Positions 16,484-24,312 of a DNA stretch of 64,000 nt are shown here, piece after piece. The stretch's first letter is position 1. Each line of letters opens with the position of its first letter. Made by a program: the position numbers and the translations under genes. Below the pieces are notes generated by a model that saw nothing but the letters and a program-made list of their open reading frames with translations, did no database searches and had not been told where the DNA came from. The stretch is from an uncultured Thermotogae bacterium (GTDB lineage: Bacteria; Bipolaricaulota; Bipolaricaulia; RBG-16-55-9), in the NCBI GenBank assembly GCA_964567595.1, contig CAZMNF010000005.1, positions 305-64,304 on the forward strand. Direction: 5' to 3'.

Positions 16484-16990
16484 TTACTGAGGCGTAATCT
16501 GGCCACGGAGCTCGCCGGGTTCGTTCAGCGGCGTGTGAATGTTGAAGTAGAGGTCCCCGGCCATCAGTGCTTGGACCATGTCCTCCGGGATCTCCCACGT
16601 TCCCTGGAGGAACCCGCTCGCGCCTGGACACTCGCCGACGATGGCCGGCTCCGGACCGCCGCAGATGGTCTGCACCACGGGGCCCGCGGTGCCGGGCGCG
16701 CCGTTGTGGAAGTGCGCCGCCACGGCCGCCTCGCTCAAGCCTCGATACGAGAAGGCAAATTGGAGCGTCCCCTCGTCGGGGTTGTACAAGAGCGTTCCCG
16801 AGCCGACTGCCGTCGCGGGCGTCTCGGCCGCGGGCGTGGGCACCTCTTGGGTTGCTGTGATCGTCGTGGAGAAGACGATGGTGTTGCTGGGCGTTTCGTC
16901 CTCCATCTGACCGACGGAGCTCACCGACGCCATTAGAAGGACCCCGAGGCTCAACACCCCGATCGTCTTCAGCGAACGTGTCACGTTCAT
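16484..16990 (-). CDS. Secreted CHRD domain protein
   Basis: Signal peptide MNVTRSLKTIGVLSLGVLLMASV. CHRD-like motifs AAHFHNGAPGTAGPVV and GDLYFNIHTPLNEPGELRGQI. Confidence 0.75.
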   Translation of the reverse strand: MNVTRSLKTIGVLSLGVLLMASVSSVGQMEDETPSNTIVFSTTITATQEVPTPAAETPATAVGSGTLLYNPDEGTLQFAFSYRGLSEAAVAAHFHNGAPGTAGPVVQTICGGPEPAIVGECPGASGFLQGTWEIPEDMVQALMAGDLYFNIHTPLNEPGELRGQITPQ

Positions 16991-17040
16991 GGAACGACCC
17001 CCTCTGTCTTGTAGGTTAAGGCTTGCTCAACCTAAGCCGA

Positions 17041-17083
17041 GCGGGGTCAAGATGGAACCATCAGCGGGTCAAATCATTGTCAA
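17041..17083 (-). promoter_or_regulatory. Four phased direct repeats (11-bp register) upstream of the CHRD gene
   Basis: Minus strand reads TTGACAatgat TTGACCcgctg ATGGTTccatc TTGACCccgc. The proximal repeat ends 54 nt before ATG 16990. The architecture matches 14603-14645. Confidence 0.55.
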
Positions 17084-17114
17084 TTCGCTAGGTCTGCCTG
17101 CCCAGAGCGGCCGA

Positions 17115-18731
17115 TTATGCCGACGTGGCGTTGACGCGAACCCGATCGTAGCCCGTCGAGCCATCGGGATAGGAGGCGCTGCTGTCGGCCGTCTGCATGC
17201 GTCCCTCTCCGTCGATAACGCGCGCTCGCAGGGCGTACGCTCCGGTTTGGGACGGCTCCCAAACCACGGCCCAGCGGCGCCAACTGTAGGGGGCATCGTC
17301 CTGGGCTTCGACTTGGGCCTCTCGCCACGTCTCGCCGTTGTCCGTGCTGACCTCAACGGCCGACACCCCATGGACGCCAGCGAAGGCCACCCCGGCGATG
17401 AACTGCGGCTCGCCCGCTTTGACCCGCGCATCCAGGTCGGGCGTTTCGATCTTGGCAAAGGGATGGATGTCGGCCTCGTCGCTCCAGCCGCGGTTCTGCC
17501 AGTAGCCTTGATAGTCGGCTTCGGTCGCGACGATCCGGTCGAGGTGCTTGACGTTTTTGACGCCATAGTAGCCGGGAATGACGACCCGGAGCGGATAACC
17601 GTGCTTCGGCGTCAATTCCTTGCCGTTCATCGCCCACGCGAGCATGATCTCCTCATTGTTCATGATGAGCTCAACCGGAAGGCTGTCGGAATAGCCGTCG
17701 GCGGCGTGCAGCTCCAGGTCCTTGGCGCCGTCCTGAATGCCGGCCTGCTCCAAGAGCGTCCGGAACGACGTGCCGGTCCAGCGAGCATTGCTCATGAGGT
17801 CGCGCGTGGCCGGCTTCGTGGCCTTATAGTCGATGCAGACCAGCGTGACGTGTTGGTCAAATTGGGGGAGCTGTTTGATATCGTCCAAAGACAACTCCAG
17901 TGGCGAGTCGACTAGCCCCTCGACCTTGAGCGGCTCCCATGTCGCCACCCCCGTGCGGTACACCTGGATGTTTTTGGAGACATAGTAGAAGTCCTCCTGC
18001 GGCGTCAGCCACGGCGACAGATCGGGGACCGCCTCAAAGTCGATATCGCCGGGCGTTGCCAATTCAGCGGCCTCGGACGTCCCGCCCGAGGACGCGGCTC
18101 GCGAGGCGCTATCCGCCGTGGAGGGCCGCAGGTTGGCGCGCACCCAGGGCCACAGCGCGGCGGCTCCGGCCACGGTGCCCACGCGCACCAGCATTCGGCG
18201 CCGCGTCAACTGGGCTTTGGCTCGGGGCAAGGTTTCGGCGCCTTCGCTCGTCTCGCCAGCGCTTGGGCGGGTCGAGCCCGCGCTCAACCACCGGCGGAGG
18301 CTTGGGGTCAGCCATCCGAAGAGCACCGCTGCCGTCAGACCGCCGGCCAAGGCGTTCGTGACGTTCACGACTTGGACGGCCGACACGCTGAGGGCAAAGC
18401 CGGCGCTCGTGATCGCCAGGGTCGCCGCCACAACGCTGCCGAGCACCCAGCTGCCGGCGCTGCGCAGCGCAACGCCGATCAGACCGCCGGCAACGACCTG
18501 GGCGAGGATCGCCGCATAAAAGCCGAGAATCTTGGCGTCGAACCCGAGCGTCCCGATCATCTCAGCTTGCACGGGACCGGGCACGACAGCGAAGACCCAT
18601 TGGGCAAACAGATCGGGCCAGAAGAACCAACCGGTCGTCTGATAGGCCGCGTACCCGGCGACGGTCGCCATCAGAGCCGCGAGGGCTCCGCTCCAGAGTC
18701 CAGCGCTTCGGTCCGGGCTATCGTATTCCAT
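17115..18731 (-). CDS. Sulfite-oxidase-family molybdopterin oxidoreductase fused to an N-terminal polytopic membrane domain
   Basis: HGYPLRVVIPGYYGVKNVKHLDRI (Moco-binding fold) plus a C-terminal Mo-co dimerisation-like Ig domain. About five N-terminal TM helices, then LTRRRMLVRVGTVAGAAAL. ATG 18731 chosen; a TTG at 18761 is an alternative. Confidence 0.8.
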   Translation of the reverse strand: MEYDSPDRSAGLWSGALAALMATVAGYAAYQTTGWFFWPDLFAQWVFAVVPGPVQAEMIGTLGFDAKILGFYAAILAQVVAGGLIGVALRSAGSWVLGSVVAATLAITSAGFALSVSAVQVVNVTNALAGGLTAAVLFGWLTPSLRRWLSAGSTRPSAGETSEGAETLPRAKAQLTRRRMLVRVGTVAGAAALWPWVRANLRPSTADSASRAASSGGTSEAAELATPGDIDFEAVPDLSPWLTPQEDFYYVSKNIQVYRTGVATWEPLKVEGLVDSPLELSLDDIKQLPQFDQHVTLVCIDYKATKPATRDLMSNARWTGTSFRTLLEQAGIQDGAKDLELHAADGYSDSLPVELIMNNEEIMLAWAMNGKELTPKHGYPLRVVIPGYYGVKNVKHLDRIVATEADYQGYWQNRGWSDEADIHPFAKIETPDLDARVKAGEPQFIAGVAFAGVHGVSAVEVSTDNGETWREAQVEAQDDAPYSWRRWAVVWEPSQTGAYALRARVIDGEGRMQTADSSASYPDGSTGYDRVRVNATSA

Positions 18732-18777
18732 GGCTTCACAGGATAACGACTCGATCGCCAAACGCGAATCGTTGCCC

Positions 18778-18794
18778 GGTCAAAGGGAAGTCAA
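18778..18794 (-). promoter_or_regulatory. Two phased direct repeats upstream of the Moco oxidoreductase gene
   Basis: Minus strand reads TTGACTtccct TTGACC, 46 nt upstream of ATG 18731. Same hexamer and 11-bp register as the other two sites. Confidence 0.4.
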
Positions 18795-18869
18795 AGTTCC
18801 CATCTATCCGGCCAAGTCGCCCAGGCAACAGCCGTTTGACAGCCGAAGCAGCAGGCAAGTGCCAGCGAG

Positions 18870-19640
18870 TCAGATCTCGTAGTTGCTGAGGATCTTCTTC
18901 TCCTCGCCGCGGATGTCGACGCGGATCTCGAAGTGGTCCTTGATGCCCGAGGATTGGAGCTTGCGTTTGAGCAGGTTGTCGATCTGGAAAATGCCGGCGG
19001 AATTGGACATGCGAATTTCAATGCAGACGGGATTGCTCTCGCCTTCGTGGACGATTACCTTTTCGATCGCCTTCGCGCTGACGGCATGGATCGTTGGCGA
19101 TCCCTGTCGAAACGGAATCCGAGCGCGACCTTCTTCCATGTCAAGCGCATCGGCGACCTTCAATACGCCCGCTTCGACCGTCAACGGGTCGATGTCGGTG
19201 CGATGGGCATAGATCGCGTGCAGCGTCTCCGAGGTGATGATGGCCTTTTCGCGGCCCTCATAGAGCCCCTCGATGAGCTCTCGGATGAGCGGCGGCGCCA
19301 GGCTGACGGAGAAGTCCTCGTGGTTCTGCCGATGCACGACGTGACCAATGTCATGCAGACAGGAGGCCAAGACGACCACACATTCGGCGTCTTCCGCGGT
19401 CAGCCCATGATCCGCCACGATGCTCGGCGTGATCTCCTGATCCACCAGAATCCGGAACATCTTGAGCGCCATGTTGGTGACGACCTTGATGTGGATGGGG
19501 CCATGGTCGTTGATGCCCATGCGGTTGATGGCGATGACGTTGGAGCACTGCCAGTACGTGCGCAGCGTGTCGTGATGTTCGACGCGATCAACAAGCGTCT
19601 GCAGTTTCTCGTTATCTTGCGCAGGCACGTTCAACGCCAT
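18870..19640 (-). CDS. HD-domain metal-dependent phosphohydrolase (archaeal-like)
   Basis: HD motif region ASCLHDIGHVVHRQNHEDF and an upstream HGPIH. 256 aa. Visibly lower GC than its neighbours. Overlaps nadM by 10 nt. Confidence 0.75.
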   Translation of the reverse strand: MALNVPAQDNEKLQTLVDRVEHHDTLRTYWQCSNVIAINRMGINDHGPIHIKVVTNMALKMFRILVDQEITPSIVADHGLTAEDAECVVVLASCLHDIGHVVHRQNHEDFSVSLAPPLIRELIEGLYEGREKAIITSETLHAIYAHRTDIDPLTVEAGVLKVADALDMEEGRARIPFRQGSPTIHAVSAKAIEKVIVHEGESNPVCIEIRMSNSAGIFQIDNLLKRKLQSSGIKDHFEIRVDIRGEEKKILSNYEI

Positions 19641-20188
19641 GCGGGACGATCCTCCTCGGCGGGCTCCTCATCGTCGGCCGCGACCTGGTCGTTCTCGTAG
19701 ATCGTGCGGAGCCGCTCGATCCCCTTGATCTCGTCGATCACGTCGACGACCGGGTCGGGCACGTCCTCGCGCCACCTCTCGCCTTCGATCATCAGTTGGC
19801 GGATCCGCGTTCCCCAGAGATGGCGGCGGTCGATGTGGGGCATCTCGTTGACGGGGATGTCGACTTCCTCGAAGAGCCGAATGACGAGCGGGTTGTTGGA
19901 GTAGACGACGTCGAAATCGGGGGTCAGTCGTTTGATGTGGGGGACGTAGAGCGAGTTCTGCTCGATGTCCTCGATGGGAAGCACGTAGCGGAAGACGGGA
20001 TCGTCCCTCAGCATCTGGGTGATCATCAGGATGCGCTCGCCGGCGGTGAACGGATCGCGGATCGTGTGGCTGTACTGGGCGGAACCGATGGCGATGATCA
20101 GCTCGTCCACCTCGGCGGCAATGCGCCGAACCACCGCCTCGTGGCCGTTGTGATACGGCTGGAACCGTCCCAAGAACAGCGCGCGCAC
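19631..20188 (-). CDS. nadM: Archaeal-type nicotinamide-nucleotide adenylyltransferase
   Basis: ALFLGRFQPYHNGHEAVVRRI (HxGH nucleotidyltransferase motif) and IAIGSAQYSHTIRDPFTAGER. GTG start 20188 chosen because the track's N-terminal extension overlaps the upstream gene. Confidence 0.75.
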   Translation of the reverse strand: MRALFLGRFQPYHNGHEAVVRRIAAEVDELIIAIGSAQYSHTIRDPFTAGERILMITQMLRDDPVFRYVLPIEDIEQNSLYVPHIKRLTPDFDVVYSNNPLVIRLFEEVDIPVNEMPHIDRRHLWGTRIRQLMIEGERWREDVPDPVVDVIDEIKGIERLRTIYENDQVAADDEEPAEEDRPAWR

Positions 20189-20195
20189 TCGTCCG

Positions 20196-20444
20196 TCAGG
20201 CAAGGGCGCTCGCCACCTTGGCTTGCACGTCCGCCACGGCTGGCGGCAACTCGCCGGGCTCAATTTCACGCACGGGCTCGCCGTCGAGCCTGACGGCGAA
20301 GACGCCGCGCGTGCCAGGCACAAGCGTCAACCCGTGGATACGCTCCGGGAATTCGGTCAACAGCGCCTCGGCCACTTCAAGCGCCCGCTCGAGGTACATG
20401 CACTCGACGCAATACTCGATCTGAACGTCAGCCATGCTGGCCAT
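20196..20444 (-). CDS. SelW/Rdx-family small redox protein (Cys form)
   Basis: 82 aa with IEYCVECMY (CxxC) near the N-terminus, followed by the FPERI...LVPGTRGVFAVRLDGEPV pattern typical of Rdx proteins. Confidence 0.7.
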   Translation of the reverse strand: MASMADVQIEYCVECMYLERALEVAEALLTEFPERIHGLTLVPGTRGVFAVRLDGEPVREIEPGELPPAVADVQAKVASALA

Positions 20445-20471
20445 GTGCTCCCTTCATTGCGAGAGGGAGCT

Positions 20472-20500
20472 ATTGTACCGGACGGATCCGCAACATCCAA
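20472..20500 (-). promoter_or_regulatory. Sigma-70-like promoter for the Rdx-nadM-HD operon
   Basis: Minus strand reads TTGGAT-17 nt-TACAAT, immediately downstream of the hisS stop and about 28 nt upstream of ATG 20444. Confidence 0.45.
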
Positions 20501-20506
20501 GGGGGA

Positions 20507-21799
20507 TCACGGGGTTTGTGCCTCGAGCCGCTCGATGGCGTCCTCGAGCGCGATGAGCGTCTCCTCGCCGGAGTTCATGTCGCGCAGCGTCACCTTGCCC
20601 TGTTCCAGTTCCTTGGGGCCGACGATGACGACGTAGGGAATGCCGTACGCATTGGCAAACTTCAGATTGTCACTGACGCCCCGTCCCATGAGATCGAGGT
20701 CGGCGTTCAGTCCCGCTTGACGGAGCTTCTGGGTGATGTCCAATCCCTCGTGCTGCAGCGCGATCGGGACGACGTAGACGTCGACGACGGTCTCGCGTTG
20801 CGACGCCGACGCTCGGCGCTGGGCCTTGATCAGCTCCGTGATCGGTTCCAGGCCGAACGAGATGCCCGAGGCGGGATAGAGCTCCTCGCTTTCTAGGAAA
20901 TCGCCGATCATTTCGTCCCAACGACCGCCGGCAGCCACGGCGCCGTCGAAGGCGGGCTCGTGGCTGAAGGCCTCAAAGATCGTGCCCGTGTAATAGCCCA
21001 AGCCGCGCGCAAGCGATGGCGATAGCCGGACTCGGCCGTCGTCGGGCAAAAAGCTCAGGACATTCGAGATTTCCCCATGGGCCGCGCTGTCGGGGATCGT
21101 CGCCTCGAGCTTCTCCAATATCTCGGCGTTCGTGCCGCTTGCGCCCAGGGCGTCAAGCCAGCGACGGGCCTGCTCGGCCGTCACCCCCTTGTCGACCAGT
21201 TCCTTCTGGACGCCTTCTTGCCCGATCTTTTCCAGTTTGTCGATGGACAGAATGCCCGTGTCGGTAAGCTCCTCCGGCACCTCGGCCGCCCGCGCCAAGT
21301 CCTTCAACAGTTCCCGGTGGTTGACGCGGACCTCCACGTCGAAATCCAGCTGTTGAAAGACGTCGAGCGCGATCCAGATGAGCTCAGCATCGGCCAGGGC
21401 GGAATGGACGCCGACCGTGTCGACGTCGCATTGGTAGAATTCCCGGTAGCGCCCGTGTTTGATCGGGCCGTCGCGATAGACGGGTCCGATGTGGTAGCGC
21501 TTGAACGGCCGTTTCACGTCCGGATTCATGCCGATGAACCGAGCCAGGGGGGTCGTCAGATCGTAGCGCAGCCCCAGTACGCGCCCGCCCTGGTCGCTCA
21601 GCTTGTACGTCTCCTCCAAGATCTCCTCGCCGCCAGCGTATTTCGCAGCCAAAATCTCCCAACGCTCCAGGATGGGGGTCTCCAGCGGATTGAACCCGTA
21701 GCGCTCGAAGACCTCGACCATCGTCTGGATGATCTCATCGCGCAGGATCGCGTCGCTGGGCGGAAAGTCGCGGGTGCCGCGCGGAAGCTGCAGTTCCAT
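20507..21799 (-). CDS. hisS: Histidine--tRNA ligase
   Basis: LPRGTRDFPPSDAILRDEIIQTMVEVFERYGFNPLETPILE and class II motifs (YHIGPVYRDGPIKHGRYREFYQCD, GGRWDEM, GISFGLE). 430 aa. Confidence 0.92.
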   Translation of the reverse strand: MELQLPRGTRDFPPSDAILRDEIIQTMVEVFERYGFNPLETPILERWEILAAKYAGGEEILEETYKLSDQGGRVLGLRYDLTTPLARFIGMNPDVKRPFKRYHIGPVYRDGPIKHGRYREFYQCDVDTVGVHSALADAELIWIALDVFQQLDFDVEVRVNHRELLKDLARAAEVPEELTDTGILSIDKLEKIGQEGVQKELVDKGVTAEQARRWLDALGASGTNAEILEKLEATIPDSAAHGEISNVLSFLPDDGRVRLSPSLARGLGYYTGTIFEAFSHEPAFDGAVAAGGRWDEMIGDFLESEELYPASGISFGLEPITELIKAQRRASASQRETVVDVYVVPIALQHEGLDITQKLRQAGLNADLDLMGRGVSDNLKFANAYGIPYVVIVGPKELEQGKVTLRDMNSGEETLIALEDAIERLEAQTP

Positions 21800-21807
21800 G
21801 GCAAGTC

Positions 21808-21836
21808 AGGATAGACGGCGTTTGTCGGCGATGCAA
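21808..21836 (-). promoter_or_regulatory. Sigma-70-like promoter for hisS (leaderless geometry)
   Basis: Minus strand reads TTGCAT-17 nt-TATCCT. Only 8 nt separate the -10 from ATG 21799, and there is no SD. Confidence 0.45.
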
Positions 21837-21841
21837 GCGTC

Positions 21842-21870
21842 TTGACAGGCAGAGCGTTGCCCTCTAGGAT
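21842..21870 (+). promoter_or_regulatory. Sigma-70-like promoter for the NHL-repeat gene
   Basis: TTGACA-17 nt-TAGGAT. GGAGG SD at 21891-21895, 5 nt before ATG 21901. Confidence 0.55.
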
Positions 21871-21900
21871 GCGGCGAAAACCGTTCTATTGGAGGTCATC

Positions 21901-22968
21901 ATGCGCGTGCTCGCCTGGCTCGGCCTCGTCGGATTGGGTCTTTTCTTCGTGGCCGCGCCTCCACAGGTGTCGGCCCAAGCCGGCCCCTCTTCCGTCCCGG
22001 CGTTCCAACAGCCGGAGCTGTTGCAAGTCTGGGGAAGTGTCGGCGACGAGCCCGGCAAGTTTCAGAGTCCTTGGGGTATTGACGTAGGCCCCGACGGACG
22101 CATCTACATCAGCGACCACAAGAACAATCGCGTTCAAGTCTTCACGAGCGACGGCGAGTTTGTCCGAGAGTGGGGCACCCCCGGTTGGGGCGACGGCCAG
22201 TTCGGCGGGCCCGTTGGGCTCGAAGTGGGCCCAGAGGGGGACGTCTACGTCGCAGATTCCGGGAATAACCGTATTCAGGTCTTCTCCCGCGAAGGAGAGT
22301 TCCAACGCGCCTGGCGCGGTCCGAACGCCGGCTTCCAGAGCGACGGCCCACGCATGACACCCTGGGGCATTTCCGTCGGACCGGAGGGGCACGTCTTTGT
22401 CTCGGACCTGGATCTCCACACGATCTACAAGTTCTCGACCCAGGGCGAGCTCGTCGCGCGCTGGGGCGAACGAGGCACAGCCGAAGGCGAATTCACGCAC
22501 CCGACGGGCATGGAGGTCTCCACCGACAATCGGCTCTACGTGGTGGACTCGCTCAACCATCGCGTTCAAGTTTTCGACCTGAGTGGCAACTTCCAGTTCG
22601 CCTGGGGCGATCAGTGCAGCATCTATCTCCATCCCGATCGTGGCTGTGAGGACCCCGACGGCGATGGGCCCCTAGGGGAGACCGACGCCCAGTTCGACTC
22701 GCCGTGGGGCGTGACGTTCGATGCCCAAGGTCGCGTCTACGTGGCGGATTCGGCCAACAAGCGGATCCAGGTGTTTACGCCCGAGGGCGAGTTCTTGGCG
22801 AAATGGGGCGAGTTCGGGCGCGAGCCCGGGACGTTCGACAACAGCGTCGACGTTGCCGTCAACGGCCAGGGCCAGATTTACGTCGTCGATCTCAACAACC
22901 AACGCATCCAAATGTTTTCGGCCTTGGAGCCGGTTGCTGGGGATGCCGCGTCGTCGCCCCCCGAGTAA
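21901..22968 (+). CDS. Secreted NHL-repeat beta-propeller protein
   Basis: ATG 21901 gives the signal peptide MRVLAWLGLVGLGLFFVAAPPQVSAQA. Six repeats of the type GxFxxPxGxxVxxxGxxYVxDxxNxRxQVF. Confidence 0.85.
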   Translation: MRVLAWLGLVGLGLFFVAAPPQVSAQAGPSSVPAFQQPELLQVWGSVGDEPGKFQSPWGIDVGPDGRIYISDHKNNRVQVFTSDGEFVREWGTPGWGDGQFGGPVGLEVGPEGDVYVADSGNNRIQVFSREGEFQRAWRGPNAGFQSDGPRMTPWGISVGPEGHVFVSDLDLHTIYKFSTQGELVARWGERGTAEGEFTHPTGMEVSTDNRLYVVDSLNHRVQVFDLSGNFQFAWGDQCSIYLHPDRGCEDPDGDGPLGETDAQFDSPWGVTFDAQGRVYVADSANKRIQVFTPEGEFLAKWGEFGREPGTFDNSVDVAVNGQGQIYVVDLNNQRIQMFSALEPVAGDAASSPPE

Positions 22969-23130
22969 CGCCTTCCATCGTCAGTGATCCCCGGACGACA
23001 GCCCCTAACGTCACGCTGCCCACCATCGGGCAGCCGACCTGCCGCGGTTATCGCCCGACGGCGTGGCTGCGCTCAGTTGGCCATGATACAAGGGGGCGGG
23101 GACGTCTATGGGGGTGAGCCGGTAGGTACT

Positions 23131-23159
23131 CAGCCTTCGCGCTCGTCCGCGGAGGGCTG
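23131..23159 (-). terminator. Hairpin downstream of acpP (candidate terminator, no U-tract)
   Basis: cagccttcgcg-ctcgtc-cgcggagggctg, about 11 bp with one bulge, located 37 nt after the acpP stop in a convergent gap. Confidence 0.3.
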
Positions 23160-23195
23160 GCCAACCATGGTGGTACGGTGAGGCGGGACCCGGGC

Positions 23196-23450
23196 TCAGC
23201 TGGTGGTCTCGGCTGCGTTGATCTTCTCCTTGACGTAGGCCAGGGCTTCGCCCACCGTCTGTAGGCTTTCGGCGTCTTCGTCCGGGATCTCGATCCCGAA
23301 CTCGTCCTCGATCTCCATGATCATCTCGACGGTATCGAGCGAGTCGGCGCCGAGCGTCTCGACGAACGAGGCGTCCTCGGTGATCTCGGACTCCTCGACC
23401 ATGAGCTGTTCGGTGATGATTTTCGTCAGTCGGTTCTCGATATCGGCCAC
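23196..23450 (-). CDS. acpP: Acyl carrier protein
   Basis: [26 protein letters not shown] (phosphopantetheine Ser in DSL). GTG 23450 lies 8 nt after GGGAGG. The track start at 23483 is an alternative. Confidence 0.9.
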   Translation of the reverse strand: MADIENRLTKIITEQLMVEESEITEDASFVETLGADSLDTVEMIMEIEDEFGIEIPDEDAESLQTVGEALAYVKEKINAAETTS

Positions 23451-23532
23451 GATGGCCACCTCCCTATCGGGTGTTTGCCACACGATGATGCGAAACCCTA
23501 ACGCATCTGCCCAGCCTCGACAACCCTACATC

Positions 23533-24270
23533 TCACCGCATCATCAGACCGCCGTCCACGTTGAAGACCTGACCTGTCACGTAGGACGCCCGATCGGATA
23601 GGAGAAATTCGACCAATGGGGCAACTTCCTCAGGCCGGCCGAAGCGGGACAGCGGAATGTGTTCCAAGTAGCTCGACTTGACCCCCTCGTCGAGATCGAC
23701 GGTTAGACCCGCATCGATAAAGCCGGGGGCCACGGCATTGACCCGAATCCCCCGCGACGCCAACTCACGCGCCAGGCTGCGCGTGAGGCCGTCGAGGCCC
23801 GCCTTGGCCGTGGAATAATTCGCCTGACCGGGCACACCCAGTTGACCGGAGATGGAACTGACGTTGACGATCGCCCCCGAGCGTGACTTGAGCATGTGCC
23901 GCGCGACGGCTCTGGAACAGTAGAACGCCCCTTTGAGGTTGGTGTCGAGAACGGCATCCCACTCGTCGTCGCCCATGCGCACGAACAGATTGTCCCGCAG
24001 TGCCCCGGCATTGTTGATCAAGTAGTCAAGCCGACCCCGCTGCTGGGCAATCGATTTGACGACCGACTTGACCTCATCCGCTCGGGTGACGTCCGCTTGG
24101 AAGAACTGCGCTCGTTCGCCGAGCGCGTCCACGGCTGTCTGTCCATGCGATTCGTTCCGCCCAATGAGCGCAACGTGCGCCCCGCAATCGATGAGCTCGC
24201 GCGCGATGGCTCGCCCAATGGCCCCTGTTCCGCCGGTAATGACGGCGACTCGGTCGGCATGGGATGTCAT
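23533..24270 (-). CDS. fabG: 3-oxoacyl-ACP reductase
   Basis: SDR motifs [14 protein letters not shown] and YSTAKAG. Start at ATG 24270 ([10 protein letters not shown]). Context is fabD-fabG-acpP. Confidence 0.9.
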   Translation of the reverse strand: MTSHADRVAVITGGTGAIGRAIARELIDCGAHVALIGRNESHGQTAVDALGERAQFFQADVTRADEVKSVVKSIAQQRGRLDYLINNAGALRDNLFVRMGDDEWDAVLDTNLKGAFYCSRAVARHMLKSRSGAIVNVSSISGQLGVPGQANYSTAKAGLDGLTRSLARELASRGIRVNAVAPGFIDAGLTVDLDEGVKSSYLEHIPLSRFGRPEEVAPLVEFLLSDRASYVTGQVFNVDGGLMMR

Positions 24271-24312
24271 GACAGCCCACTTTGTAGCAGGTGGCCTACG
24301 GCTCGACAACGC

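Noticed and set aside
18733-18752. DnaA-box-like TTATCCTGTG (minus strand), considered as an origin marker
   Set aside because: It is a single imperfect copy inside the 5' end of a coding region. There is no box cluster or AT-rich unwinding element nearby, including near dnaN or gyrB.
20447-20470. 7-bp hairpin (gctccct/agggagc) that would sequester the SD of the Rdx gene
   Set aside because: With the TTGGAT-17-TACAAT promoter, the expected TSS (about 20465) falls inside the 5' arm. The hairpin would probably not be fully transcribed, so I do not claim a riboregulator.
22969-23130. Convergent gap after the NHL gene, including the 65-aa ORF 22984-23181 and the 7-bp hairpin gctgccc-accatc-gggcagc (23015-23034)
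   Set aside because: The ORF has no SD, promoter or coding-like composition. The hairpin is short with no U-tract, so it is too weak to call as a terminator with confidence.
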